In this document: piece after piece, positions 27,794 to 36,906 of the stretch | Layout of the letters: each line of letters begins with the position of its first letter | Position numbering within the stretch: position 1 is the first letter of the stretch | Source: Planctomycetota bacterium | GTDB taxonomy: Bacteria; Planctomycetota; GCA-002687715; CAIWVZ01 | DNA length: 64,000 nt | Assembly: GCA_044222185.1 (NCBI GenBank) | Contig: JBGANV010000006.1 | Location: 288,001 to 352,000, forward strand | Reading direction: 5' to 3' | Notes under the pieces: model-generated | What the model saw: only the letters and a program-made list of their open reading frames with translations | Told to the model about the DNA's origin: nothing | Database searches by the model: none | Program-made: the position numbers and the translations under genes

Positions 27794-28089
27794 TCATTCC
27801 GCACTCTGGGCTTCATCGACCGCCGCAGCGTGTTCGTCGTTGCTCACGGCCTCCCCGAGGAAGACACGGTCCCTCGCGGTGACGACGGCCGTGCCCTCCT
27901 TTCGGGAGCGATCGCTACGTTGCAGCCATCCGTCGCATCCGCGGCGCGCCGAGACCTCGGAGGGAAGGCGCAGCGGCTTGTGACAGGCAGCATCGACGAA
28001 CCCCGTCTGTTCCTTCGATGTCGCTTTCGGCGCGATCGGCGGTTGCCCCACGTGTGGCACTCTGCACGGGTACACAGCACCGACGGAGA

Positions 28090-28638
28090 TCAGTCGACGA
28101 TGGAGCAATCATTGAGTGCGAGCCATTCCCTCTTTCCTTCGCTCCAGAGCCGAGAACTCCCTTTCTCAAATCTCGCGCGTACCTCGATCCGTTGCCCGTT
28201 CTTTCTGCCTCGGTATTGTTCGTCGGTCGACGGCTCCCAATAGCAGGCCAGCGAATTATTCCACCCCGATCCATCGGGTAGCGTCACAACGACGACCAGG
28301 GAAAACTGCCTGATGCTATTCTCGATCCAGTCGATGGTTCCTTTGCATCGAAGAAGCGTGCGGTGAGCCGCAATGTCGTCAAGACTCACCCCCGCCCTGA
28401 GGAGTTCCTCCAGAGTGGGCAGGTCATCCGCCGCCTTATTGGGAGTGCGAGCAAGCACGCCACCCACGTTCTCCGCATGAGGCGACGCATCGATTTCCTT
28501 TGAGCACGCGCAGGCCCCGATTCCAAGCGCAGCAAGAATAAGCAGAAACACTGCCCACTGATTTCGTTTGGCGACGCAGCGCTTCACCGGCAACATCGGA
28601 GTGCGCTTGCATAGCTCGATGTTCTGCACAATGGGCAT
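28090..28638 (-). CDS. Putative lipoprotein with OB-fold-like C-terminus; low-GC segment
   Basis: LAALGIGAC lipobox-like; C..GQRIEVRARF...LNDCSIV resembles tRNA_anti-like OB fold; start uncertain (28638 or 28596). Confidence 0.55.
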   Translation of the reverse strand: MPIVQNIELCKRTPMLPVKRCVAKRNQWAVFLLILAALGIGACACSKEIDASPHAENVGGVLARTPNKAADDLPTLEELLRAGVSLDDIAAHRTLLRCKGTIDWIENSIRQFSLVVVVTLPDGSGWNNSLACYWEPSTDEQYRGRKNGQRIEVRARFEKGSSRLWSEGKREWLALNDCSIVD

Positions 28639-29034
28639 CGGATCTCCCGTCTGTCGTCCCCACGTAATGATGTCACGCCGAACGGCCATGCTGGCGACCA
28701 TCGCCTCGGGTCGCGGTCATGGCCTTGCACGGCTCGGTTTTCATGAAGATGACGTTGAGAGGCGACTCCTCGATAGGGGCCGCCGCCAGCGACGACCCTA
28801 CCCGGACGGCTCCCCTCGCGCCGTCGAATCCGGCGACTCCGTTCTCGGGATCCGCATCCCGCGCCGTTCTCCGTTCCGACTCGCCGTCGCGATTCTTGGG
28901 AGGTCCGTGAACGAGAGCCGGCACGACGCGATCGTCGGTCCCGCGCGAGTGGAGCGGCGTTCTACGGCAGATGCTCGCTACGAGCGGCCGTAGCCGCCCG
29001 CGTTCCCCGCGTTTGCATGTCGCGCGGGCGCCCC

Positions 29035-29362
29035 TCATCGAGTGTCTCGGTGCGGCGCCAGGTCCTCGAACACGAGTCGGGGATGCCGGGCGATGAGGCG
29101 GAGCCGGGCACGCGCGGGCCCATCTGGGTTCCGACGATCCTGTTCCCAATTCTGCAGCGAGTCGACGCTGATGCCGATGCGTTCAGCGAGTTCCTCCTGG
29201 GTCAGGTTCAGGAAGCGCCGAAGAGCCACGAGGTTGCCGGCCTCGAAGGTTCCGGCCGTGAGGCGCTTGCGCTGTGCGCGGGGGATCATCCGCGCGAAGT
29301 CGGCTTCCGTGAGTTCTGGGATTTCGTCACGCCCCAATCTGCTCCCGCGATCGCGTCGGCAT
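29035..29362 (-). CDS. XRE/HigA-like HTH antitoxin (frameshift near 5' end, or TTG start at 29337)
   Basis: LRRFLNLTQEELAERIGISVDSLQNWEQDRRNPDGPA; ATG 29362 is out of frame by one base at the G4 run 29332-35. Confidence 0.75.
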
Positions 29363-29415
29363 ACCGGCGGCGCTCGACTTGGCTCGCGAACCGCGCACTG
29401 ATGATCCCGGTCTTG
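29355..29415 (-). pseudogene. C-terminal remnant of a BrnT-like toxin
   Basis: GIISARFASQVERRRYA matches the BrnT C-terminal pattern RIISAR.A...ER..Y; N-terminal part absent. Confidence 0.55.
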
Positions 29416-29619
29416 TTGCATTCATCGCCGCGAGCCATCGAGGCCCTCTGTGGAAACACGGTTGGTTGATCCACCGGCACGTCGGGCGTCCCGCCAGTTC
29501 CCCGGCTCCATCCCCGGCGGAGTTGCAGAGTCCGCGAGGGATGTCGACACGACTGGGACGGCGGGCCTGCGATCTACCGACGCGCACCGCTGACCCGCGG
29601 GGGCACGTCCCGATGCCGC

Positions 29620-30924
29620 TCACCCGAACTTCGTGCGACCTGGCACCGGAACAGGCGGACGGGGACGGCCCTCGGCGCCATAGTTGCCGTCGAACAGCTC
29701 CTCTTTCGAGTTCAGCGCCTGCTCCCACGTCACGGTCTGGCCGGTGTAGGCCGCCATGCGCGCCTGGATCGCGGCGAGCGTGCTCTTCACCATCCACTCG
29801 CCGTCGTTGTGCGCCGAGCCGTCGCGGATCGACTTGAACAAGACGTCGTGCTCGACCTGGTACATGTCGCCGCCGTCGCCGCTCCACTTCCACGCCTGCG
29901 GCCCCGTGATCTCGCGGCGGTTCGCGAACCCATGGATGAAGCACGAGCCCTTCTCGCCGAGGATCGTGTCCGTGTTGTCGTGTGAGCAGTTCTCGATCTG
30001 GCGGCACATGTGGAAGCCGCGCGCTCCCGACTTGAACTCCCACGTCACGCCGAAGTGATCGAAGATGTTCCCGCGCTCTTCGCCCTCGCGGGCCGCGCGC
30101 CCGCCGACGGCAACGCAGCTCGTGGGCGTCTCGCCGTTCATCGCCCACATCATCTTGTCGATGCTGTGCACGGCCTGCTCGACGATGTGATCGCCGCCGA
30201 GGTAGGTGAAGTGGTACCAGTTGCGGAGCTGGAATTCGGCCTCGCTCCACTGGGGCTTGCGCTTGAATCCGTGCACCGGGCCCGTGTTGTAGACCGTGTA
30301 GATCGCGCGCAGCGCGCCGATGGCTCCATCGTGGACGCGCTTCATCGTCTCCTTCTCGGGCGGGCTGTATCGCCAGCAGAATCCGCAGACGAGCGAGAGC
30401 TTCTTCTCCTGGGCCTTCTTCGCGCTCTCGATCACCGAACGTACGCCCGGCCCGTCGACGGCCATGGGCTTCTCGCAGAAGACGTGCTTGCCCGCGTCGA
30501 CGGCGGCGCGGAGGTGCCGGGGGCGGAAGCCGGGCGGCGTCGCCAGGAGGACGACGTCCACGCCGCTCTCGAGCAGCTTCAGATAACCATCGGTCCCCGT
30601 GAACTGCCGCTCGGGGGGAACCTGCACGCGATCACCAGCCTCCGCCGTGATGTTCGTGACCGCCGCGTCGAGCTTGTCCTTGAACGCGTCGGCCATCGCC
30701 CAGAGGACGACGCCCGGGTCCGCGGCGAGCGCCTGAGTCGCCGCGCCGCTCCCGCGCCCTCCGCACCCGATCAGCCCGACTTTCAACGTGTCCGACCCGC
30801 CGCCGTGGAACCCGAACGGCGCCGGGCGTGAACCGAGCACGAGCGGCGTCGCGGCGAGCATGGCCGAGTGTTTCAGGAACGTCCGTCGGTCCACGGCGGA
30901 GGGCGCATTCTTCGGATCGGACAT
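29620..30924 (-). CDS. Tat-exported Gfo/Idh/MocA oxidoreductase
   Basis: RRTFLK twin-arginine, IGCGGRG, ATPPGFR, CEKP, EQAVH. Confidence 0.93.
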   Translation of the reverse strand: MSDPKNAPSAVDRRTFLKHSAMLAATPLVLGSRPAPFGFHGGGSDTLKVGLIGCGGRGSGAATQALAADPGVVLWAMADAFKDKLDAAVTNITAEAGDRVQVPPERQFTGTDGYLKLLESGVDVVLLATPPGFRPRHLRAAVDAGKHVFCEKPMAVDGPGVRSVIESAKKAQEKKLSLVCGFCWRYSPPEKETMKRVHDGAIGALRAIYTVYNTGPVHGFKRKPQWSEAEFQLRNWYHFTYLGGDHIVEQAVHSIDKMMWAMNGETPTSCVAVGGRAAREGEERGNIFDHFGVTWEFKSGARGFHMCRQIENCSHDNTDTILGEKGSCFIHGFANRREITGPQAWKWSGDGGDMYQVEHDVLFKSIRDGSAHNDGEWMVKSTLAAIQARMAAYTGQTVTWEQALNSKEELFDGNYGAEGRPRPPVPVPGRTKFG

Positions 30925-30960
30925 GGCTTCATCCTTTCGGGCCCGAGGCGTCGGGGCGGA

Positions 30961-31806
30961 TCATTGGATCGGGACGGCGCACGCGATGCGGAAGCTCACG
31001 AATGCGCCATCGGAGAGCCACCACGGGCTCTTGGGGATCTGGGGATCGGTCTTGTTCCAGGCCTTCGTCTGCACCTTGCGCGCCGTGCACGTCAGGTCGG
31101 GCGCGATGTCCGAGTACGCGCCGCCGCGAACGGCCGCCGTCCCATCGGGCGCCAGACACCACTCGGCCGCGTTGCCGTGCATGTCGAAGAACCCCCAGGC
31201 GTTCGGCTTCTTCTGCGCGACGGCGTGCGTCTTGTCGTCGGAGTTCCCGACGTGCCAGGCGTAGTCGTCCATGGATTCGTTCCCGAAGCTGAACTTGGCC
31301 TTCGTTCCCGCGCGGCATGCCATTTCCCACTCGGCCTCGGTGGGCAAGCGGAAGGACTTCTGCGTGCGGGCCGACAGCCACTCACAGAACGTCTTCGCGC
31401 TCTTCAGCGTGATGCAGATGGCGGGGTACCCGGCGTGACCCCAACCGTGATCGGGCGGAATGTAGGGCTTGCTCGGCCGCGAGATCGCATCCAGTTCCTT
31501 TTCGCCGGCGCGGACGTCGTAGGCGAACACGAACACGTCGTAAACGTCCCACACGGTTTCCGTCGAGGCGAGGTAGACCTGCTCCGTCGCGTCGGCGGCC
31601 GCGGGGATGGGAATCATCCGGATCTTCTCGGTGCAGCCGGGGACGGATTGCTCGAACGGTTCGGCGGTCTTGCGAGTCGTGGCCTTGTCACCCGCGGGTC
31701 GACTGGCCGGCGCCTCTTGCTGGGTGCAAACTGTCTCGTGCAGGAGTCGCGCGGGGACGAGTGCGGAGATGCAGACAGCAAGAACGACGCGGGTGCTTGG
31801 ACTCAT
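30961..31806 (-). CDS. Secreted FGE-sulfatase (SUMF1)-fold protein
   Basis: FRLPTEAEWEMACRAG, KPNAWGFFDMHGNAAEW, RGG, FR; lacks FGE catalytic Cys pair; start uncertain. Confidence 0.88.
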   Translation of the reverse strand: MSPSTRVVLAVCISALVPARLLHETVCTQQEAPASRPAGDKATTRKTAEPFEQSVPGCTEKIRMIPIPAAADATEQVYLASTETVWDVYDVFVFAYDVRAGEKELDAISRPSKPYIPPDHGWGHAGYPAICITLKSAKTFCEWLSARTQKSFRLPTEAEWEMACRAGTKAKFSFGNESMDDYAWHVGNSDDKTHAVAQKKPNAWGFFDMHGNAAEWCLAPDGTAAVRGGAYSDIAPDLTCTARKVQTKAWNKTDPQIPKSPWWLSDGAFVSFRIACAVPIQ

Positions 31807-32728
31807 CGTGATGGCAATCGGCTGGCTCGGCTTCGGCGGGTGCACCGCAGGGTCGATCGGGCTGGAGCGGCACGAGTATAGTCGCCTGCTGATGGGCGTT
31901 CAGTGTCGCGTCGTGCTTTTTGCCGCAGATGAGGAAACCGCGCGCCAGGCTGCCAGGACGGCGTTCGCGCGGGTCGAGCAACTCGATGGCATCATGTCCG
32001 ACTACAAGGCCGACAGCGAACTGATGCGTCTTTGCGCGCGCGCGGGGGAGGGGCCCGTGCCCGTCTCGCGGGACCTGTTCGACGTCCTGCGAGCGGCTCG
32101 CGAGGTCTCCGAGGCGAGCGACGGTGCATTCGACGTGACCATCGGCCCGGTCGTCGCGCTGTGGCGGCGGGCGCGGGGCGAGGGACGCAGGCCGGCGGCC
32201 GCCGAGATTGCGGCGGCGCGCGCGATGGTGGATTGGCGGCGCGTCAATCTCGACCCGAGCGAGTGCACGGTGACGCTCGATCGGGCCGGCACCCGGCTGG
32301 ACCTGGGGGGCATCGGGAAGGGCTTCGCTTGCGAGAAGGCCGTCGGCGAGCTGAAAGCGCGGGGTTTTCGGCGATGCCTCGTGGCGCTCGCGGGAGACAT
32401 CTTCTGTGGCGATGCGCCGCCCGGCGCAGGCGGCTGGAGGATCGGCGTCAGCGGGGGCCGATCCCTCGAGCTCGAGAACTGCGCCGTCTCGACGTCGGGA
32501 GACGCGGAGCAATCGCTCGAAGTCGACGGCACGCGATACTCACACATCGTCGACCCGCAGTCGGGACTGGGCCTCGTGCTCCACGGCGAGGTGACGATCG
32601 TCGCCTCCACGGGGGCCATCGCGGATGCCCTCGCCACGGCCGTCGACATCGTTGGACCCGAGCGGGGCGCGGCGGTCGTGCGGCGCTTCCCAGGCGCGCG
32701 CGCGATCACCACGGCTGCGTCGCCGTGA
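31769..32728 (+). CDS. apbE: FAD:protein FMN transferase ApbE (lipoprotein)
   Basis: LMG, SELMR, GAFDVTIGP, LDLGGIGKG, STSG, YSHIVDP, ADALAT; FGGC lipobox; start 31769 or 31811. Confidence 0.92.
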   Translation: MQTARTTRVLGLIVMAIGWLGFGGCTAGSIGLERHEYSRLLMGVQCRVVLFAADEETARQAARTAFARVEQLDGIMSDYKADSELMRLCARAGEGPVPVSRDLFDVLRAAREVSEASDGAFDVTIGPVVALWRRARGEGRRPAAAEIAAARAMVDWRRVNLDPSECTVTLDRAGTRLDLGGIGKGFACEKAVGELKARGFRRCLVALAGDIFCGDAPPGAGGWRIGVSGGRSLELENCAVSTSGDAEQSLEVDGTRYSHIVDPQSGLGLVLHGEVTIVASTGAIADALATAVDIVGPERGAAVVRRFPGARAITTAASP

Positions 32729-32743
32729 CTCCAGCGCGGGGGG

Positions 32744-33925
32744 TCAGTCCTTGAGCGGCCGCGCCTGGAGGACGATGGGAACGTCCATCTCGGTTCCGTC
32801 TCGGAGGATCTTCACCTGGATCGAGTCGCCCACGTTCTTGTCGGAGAGGGCCGCGGCCACATCGGTCGCTCGCTGGATCGGCCGTGAATCGATGGCGAGC
32901 ACGATGTCGCCGAGGCGGTAGCGGCCGGCGCCATCGGGGGTGATGCCCCGCAGCCCCGCCTTCGCGGCGGCGCTGCGCGGGAGGATGCTCTCGATCATCG
33001 CGCCGGACTTGGGGACCCGATTGAATCGGACGAGCCGCTCCATCTGCTCGTCCGGCGCCAGGTTGATCCCGATGGCCGGGCGCTCGCGGCGGCCATGGCG
33101 GATGAGCTCGGGAACGACCTGGTTGATCACGTCCACGGGAAGGGCGAAACCGATCCCGGCATAGGCGCCCGAGGGGCTGACGATCGCCGTGTTCATCCCG
33201 ATCAGGCGTCCCGCGCTGTCGAGCAGCGGGCCCCCCGAGTTGCCCGGGTTGATCGCGGCGTCCGTCTGGATCACGCCGTTGATCTCGTTTCCCTCCGCGG
33301 ATTTGATCTGGCGGTTCAGGCCCGAGATGACACCCGTCGTCAGCGTCTGGTCGAGGCCGAACGGGTTGCCGATGGCGAGTACCTTCTGACCGACGCGCAG
33401 ATCGTTCGACGCACCGATCGACAGGGGACGGAGCTTGGACCTGGGCGCATCGGGGATCTTCAGCACCGCGATGTCGAGCTCGGGCGCCGTACCCACCAGG
33501 ATCCCGTTGTAGGACGACCCGTCGGAGAGGATCACCTCGAACGTGTCCCCGTCCTTCACGACGTGGTTGTTCGTGACGATGTGTCCCTGGTCGTTCCAGA
33601 TGAAGCCGGTGCCGCTGCCTTGCGGGATCTCGGTGTAATCGAGTCTGCGGTACCCGGCGAGCGCCATGTTCGTGATGTGGAGCACGCTGGGCGCCGACTG
33701 CTCGAACAAGCTGATCGTCGCCTGTTCGTCGCTGCCCAGGTCGCCGCGCGGCGCGACCGTCCGGGGCGCGGCCTTCGGATCGAACAGCGTTCCGCTGGTC
33801 CCGAACCACAGCTTCCACGCGAGCATGCCGATCAGGATCAGGCTGCCCACGACGAGGACGCGCGAGAGCGTGGACGTCTCGCTCCGCCCCGTTGAACCGT
33901 AGGCCTCCCAGGGTGTCTGGTTCAT
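32744..33925 (-). CDS. HtrA/DegP-family serine protease with PDZ domain
   Basis: GSGTGF, TNNHV, DIAVL, IQTDAAINPGNSGGPL; C-terminal PDZ. Confidence 0.95.
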   Translation of the reverse strand: MNQTPWEAYGSTGRSETSTLSRVLVVGSLILIGMLAWKLWFGTSGTLFDPKAAPRTVAPRGDLGSDEQATISLFEQSAPSVLHITNMALAGYRRLDYTEIPQGSGTGFIWNDQGHIVTNNHVVKDGDTFEVILSDGSSYNGILVGTAPELDIAVLKIPDAPRSKLRPLSIGASNDLRVGQKVLAIGNPFGLDQTLTTGVISGLNRQIKSAEGNEINGVIQTDAAINPGNSGGPLLDSAGRLIGMNTAIVSPSGAYAGIGFALPVDVINQVVPELIRHGRRERPAIGINLAPDEQMERLVRFNRVPKSGAMIESILPRSAAAKAGLRGITPDGAGRYRLGDIVLAIDSRPIQRATDVAAALSDKNVGDSIQVKILRDGTEMDVPIVLQARPLKD

Positions 33926-33956
33926 GGTGCGTTGGATGTTGCGAACACGCGGCGGA

Positions 33957-35240
33957 TCAGACCAGCGGAGTCCGTCCCGGGATCGGTACGGGCGCGATGG
34001 GCAGATCCCCCAGCTTCAGCTCCTTCGGGAACAGGTCGAGCTTGGAATTCAGGGCGAAGTCCCAAGTGACCTCCTGCCCTGAATACGCGGACATGCGTCC
34101 CATGATGGCCGTGAGGGTGGATTCCGCGATGCGACGGGCCTCGTTCAGCGGCTTGCCGGCCCGGATGCTGGTGATGAGGTCGATGTGCTCCTGGACGTAG
34201 GGATCGGTGCGCTCCTTCTTGGGGACCCGCCAGGCGTTCTTGCCCTCGATCCGTCCGCCGCAGTCGGCCCGTCCCTGGGTCCCGACCGCGTACTCGGCCA
34301 CGCGTGAGGCGGTCCCTTCGATCTGGCGACAGAAGCTCGTTCCGCGCCGTCCGCCCGGATACTCGTACTCGATGGCGAAGTGGTCGAAGATGTTGCCGAA
34401 CACGGGCTCGACGCGGACCTGGCGCCCGCCCATCCCGTACGCCTTCACTGGCGTGGCGCCCATGGCCCAGTTCATGACGTCCAGGTTGTGGACGTGCTGC
34501 TCGACGATGTGGTCCCCGGAGATCCAGCAGAAGTAGAGCCAGTTGCGGAGCTGCCACTCCATCTCCGAGTCACCCTTGCGGCGCTCGTGCGACCAGAGGC
34601 TTCCCTGGTTCCAGTAGCAGCTGGCCGACACGACCTCGCCGATCGCGCCGTCCTGGATCCTCTGCATCGTCTCCAGGTACTCGCCCTGGTGGCGGCGCTG
34701 CGTTCCGCAGACGAAGCCCAGTTTCTTCTCGTCGATCGCCTTGGCGGCGTCGAGCACCATCCTCACACCCGTTGCATCCGTCGCGACCGGCTTCTCGGCG
34801 AAGATGTGCTTGCCCGCGTCCACCGCCGCCTTGATGTGCCGCGGGCGGAAGCCCGGTGGCGTTGCGAGGATGATGAGGTCGATGCCGGAGGCGAGGACCT
34901 TGTCGATGGCATCGAACCCGACGAAGCAGTGATCCTCGGCGACCTTCGAGCGATCTCCCAGACCCTCCAGGTGTCCGCGGCAGGCGTCCACGCGCTCCTT
35001 GAACACGTCGCCGATGGAGACGATGCGCACGGCCGGGTCCGCATCCAGGGCATTCGCGGCCGCGCCGGTCCCGCGTCCACCGCACCCGATGAGTCCGACC
35101 TTGATCTCGTCGCGGCCGCCCACGTGGAAGTCTCCGCGCGGAAGCGGCATGGCGAGCGCGGCGGAGACCATGGCCGCGCTGCGGAGGAACTCACGTCGTG
35201 ATGGGGAAGTGTCGTTCGGCCGGTTGGTCGCGTCGTTCAT
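33957..35240 (-). CDS. Tat-exported Gfo/Idh/MocA oxidoreductase (paralog of 29620..30924)
   Basis: SRREFLR, IGCGGRG, ATPPGFR, AEKP, EQHVH; GGAG RBS. Confidence 0.93.
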   Translation of the reverse strand: MNDATNRPNDTSPSRREFLRSAAMVSAALAMPLPRGDFHVGGRDEIKVGLIGCGGRGTGAAANALDADPAVRIVSIGDVFKERVDACRGHLEGLGDRSKVAEDHCFVGFDAIDKVLASGIDLIILATPPGFRPRHIKAAVDAGKHIFAEKPVATDATGVRMVLDAAKAIDEKKLGFVCGTQRRHQGEYLETMQRIQDGAIGEVVSASCYWNQGSLWSHERRKGDSEMEWQLRNWLYFCWISGDHIVEQHVHNLDVMNWAMGATPVKAYGMGGRQVRVEPVFGNIFDHFAIEYEYPGGRRGTSFCRQIEGTASRVAEYAVGTQGRADCGGRIEGKNAWRVPKKERTDPYVQEHIDLITSIRAGKPLNEARRIAESTLTAIMGRMSAYSGQEVTWDFALNSKLDLFPKELKLGDLPIAPVPIPGRTPLV

Positions 35241-35370
35241 GAGGCACTCCATCGGTGAGGCGCGGCGAGCGGCGGTGCGCTCAGCGCGCCGCGCTCCCGC
35301 CAGGTCGGCGCACACTATGCCACAGCTCGCGCCGTTTGTCGCTCGTTCGCGGGTCGCATACGCTCGCGGG

Positions 35371-36780
35371 ATGACGAAGGACGACCTGACGGTGGCCGGC
35401 GTGAGGGACGCGGCCCACCACCGCCGCGGCGGTCGGCGCTGGGCCCGTTGGGCGGTCCTGGCGGTGCTTGCGCTGCTCCTGACCGTGGGCTGGTGGCTGC
35501 GCAACGCCGCCGTCGTTGCGACCGGTTTCGCGGCACGTCGCGCATGCACGGCCGTGTTCCTTTCCGACCTGGAACCCGACCGGGTGCTTCGCGAGGATCT
35601 GGCGCTCGCGGTGAGCTATGGCATCAGTCTGGACGTCGACCGTGAGCACCGAACGGTCGTCGCCAAGGCTCACCTGGGCCTGGCGCGCCGATGTGCGGTG
35701 TTCGTCCCCGGACGGGGGGCCGTGCTGGCGAACGAGGATGCGGACGGGTGTCCAGTCGTGCCGGCTCCCGTCGATTCCAGCGACTCGCGACCGCCGGTGC
35801 CCGCCGCCGTCGCGGAGGCGGCTTCCGACAGCGCGCTCGCCGGAGTCCTCTCGCAGGCGTTCGTCGAGCCGGACCGCCAACACCTGCGGAACACCCGCGC
35901 GGTCGCCGTGGTGCAGGATGGCCGGTTGCTCGCCGCGCGCTACGCGCCGGGGGTGGGGCCGCAAACGCCGCTGCTCGGTTGGTCCATGACCAAGAGCGTG
36001 CTGAACGCGCTCGTCGGCATCGCGGTGCACGACGGCCGCATCCGCATCGGCGATCGCGCGCCCATCGCCGAGTGGGACGATCCCGCCGACCCTCGTCACG
36101 CGATCACCTACGAGGACCTGCTGCGCATGCGAACGGGACTGCGGTTCACGGAAGCGTACGACGACCCGTTCTCCGACATTTCGCGGATGCTCTTTCGCGA
36201 GCCCGACATGGCCGCGTTCGCCGTGCGCGCGCCGATCGAGGTGCCCGTCGGTTCGCGGTGGCAGTACTCCAGCGGCACGTCGCTGATCCTCACGCGCGCC
36301 CTCCAACGCGCGCTCGGGGTGAACGACCTCGCGACCTTCGCGCGTGAACGGCTGTTCCATCCGCTCGGGATCCGATCGGCGGTGATCGAGGAGGACGCCA
36401 GCGGCACGATCGTGGCTTCGTCGCTCATGTGGGCGACGACGCGCGATTGGATCCGCTTCGGCGAGCTGTTCCTCGCCGATGGAGTGTGGCAGGGCAGGCG
36501 GATCCTCCCTGAAGGCTGGGTGTCGGCGAGCATGAAGCCGACGGCGAGTTCTCGGATCGGCAGCCATGGTGCGCACTGGTGGACGAATGCGGGCGACGGC
36601 AAGTCCCGCACGATGCCCACGCTTCCCGCCGACGCGTTCTTCGCCAACGGCTTCGAAGGTCAGTGGGTCCTCGTGATTCCCTCGCGGCGCTGCGTGATCG
36701 CGCGACTGGGCGTCTCCATGCGTGGTGCGGCGTTCCCCATGGAGGAGTTCGCGGGCCAGGTTCTCGCAGCGCTTCCCTGA
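35371..36780 (+). CDS. Serine hydrolase, beta-lactamase class C-like family
   Basis: SMTK (SxxK), YSS, LFHPLG, GFEGQ; N-terminal TM. Confidence 0.9.
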   Translation: MTKDDLTVAGVRDAAHHRRGGRRWARWAVLAVLALLLTVGWWLRNAAVVATGFAARRACTAVFLSDLEPDRVLREDLALAVSYGISLDVDREHRTVVAKAHLGLARRCAVFVPGRGAVLANEDADGCPVVPAPVDSSDSRPPVPAAVAEAASDSALAGVLSQAFVEPDRQHLRNTRAVAVVQDGRLLAARYAPGVGPQTPLLGWSMTKSVLNALVGIAVHDGRIRIGDRAPIAEWDDPADPRHAITYEDLLRMRTGLRFTEAYDDPFSDISRMLFREPDMAAFAVRAPIEVPVGSRWQYSSGTSLILTRALQRALGVNDLATFARERLFHPLGIRSAVIEEDASGTIVASSLMWATTRDWIRFGELFLADGVWQGRRILPEGWVSASMKPTASSRIGSHGAHWWTNAGDGKSRTMPTLPADAFFANGFEGQWVLVIPSRRCVIARLGVSMRGAAFPMEEFAGQVLAALP

Positions 36781-36906
36781 CCGCCGCGTCGACGACGCTC
36801 ATCTCGGCCGCGACCCGTGACCCGCGCGCCCGCCCACCAACGACTCGCGCACCGACGGCCTGCGGACTCGCGCGCCGTGATCGATGCGACTACCATCACC
36901 ACGCGA

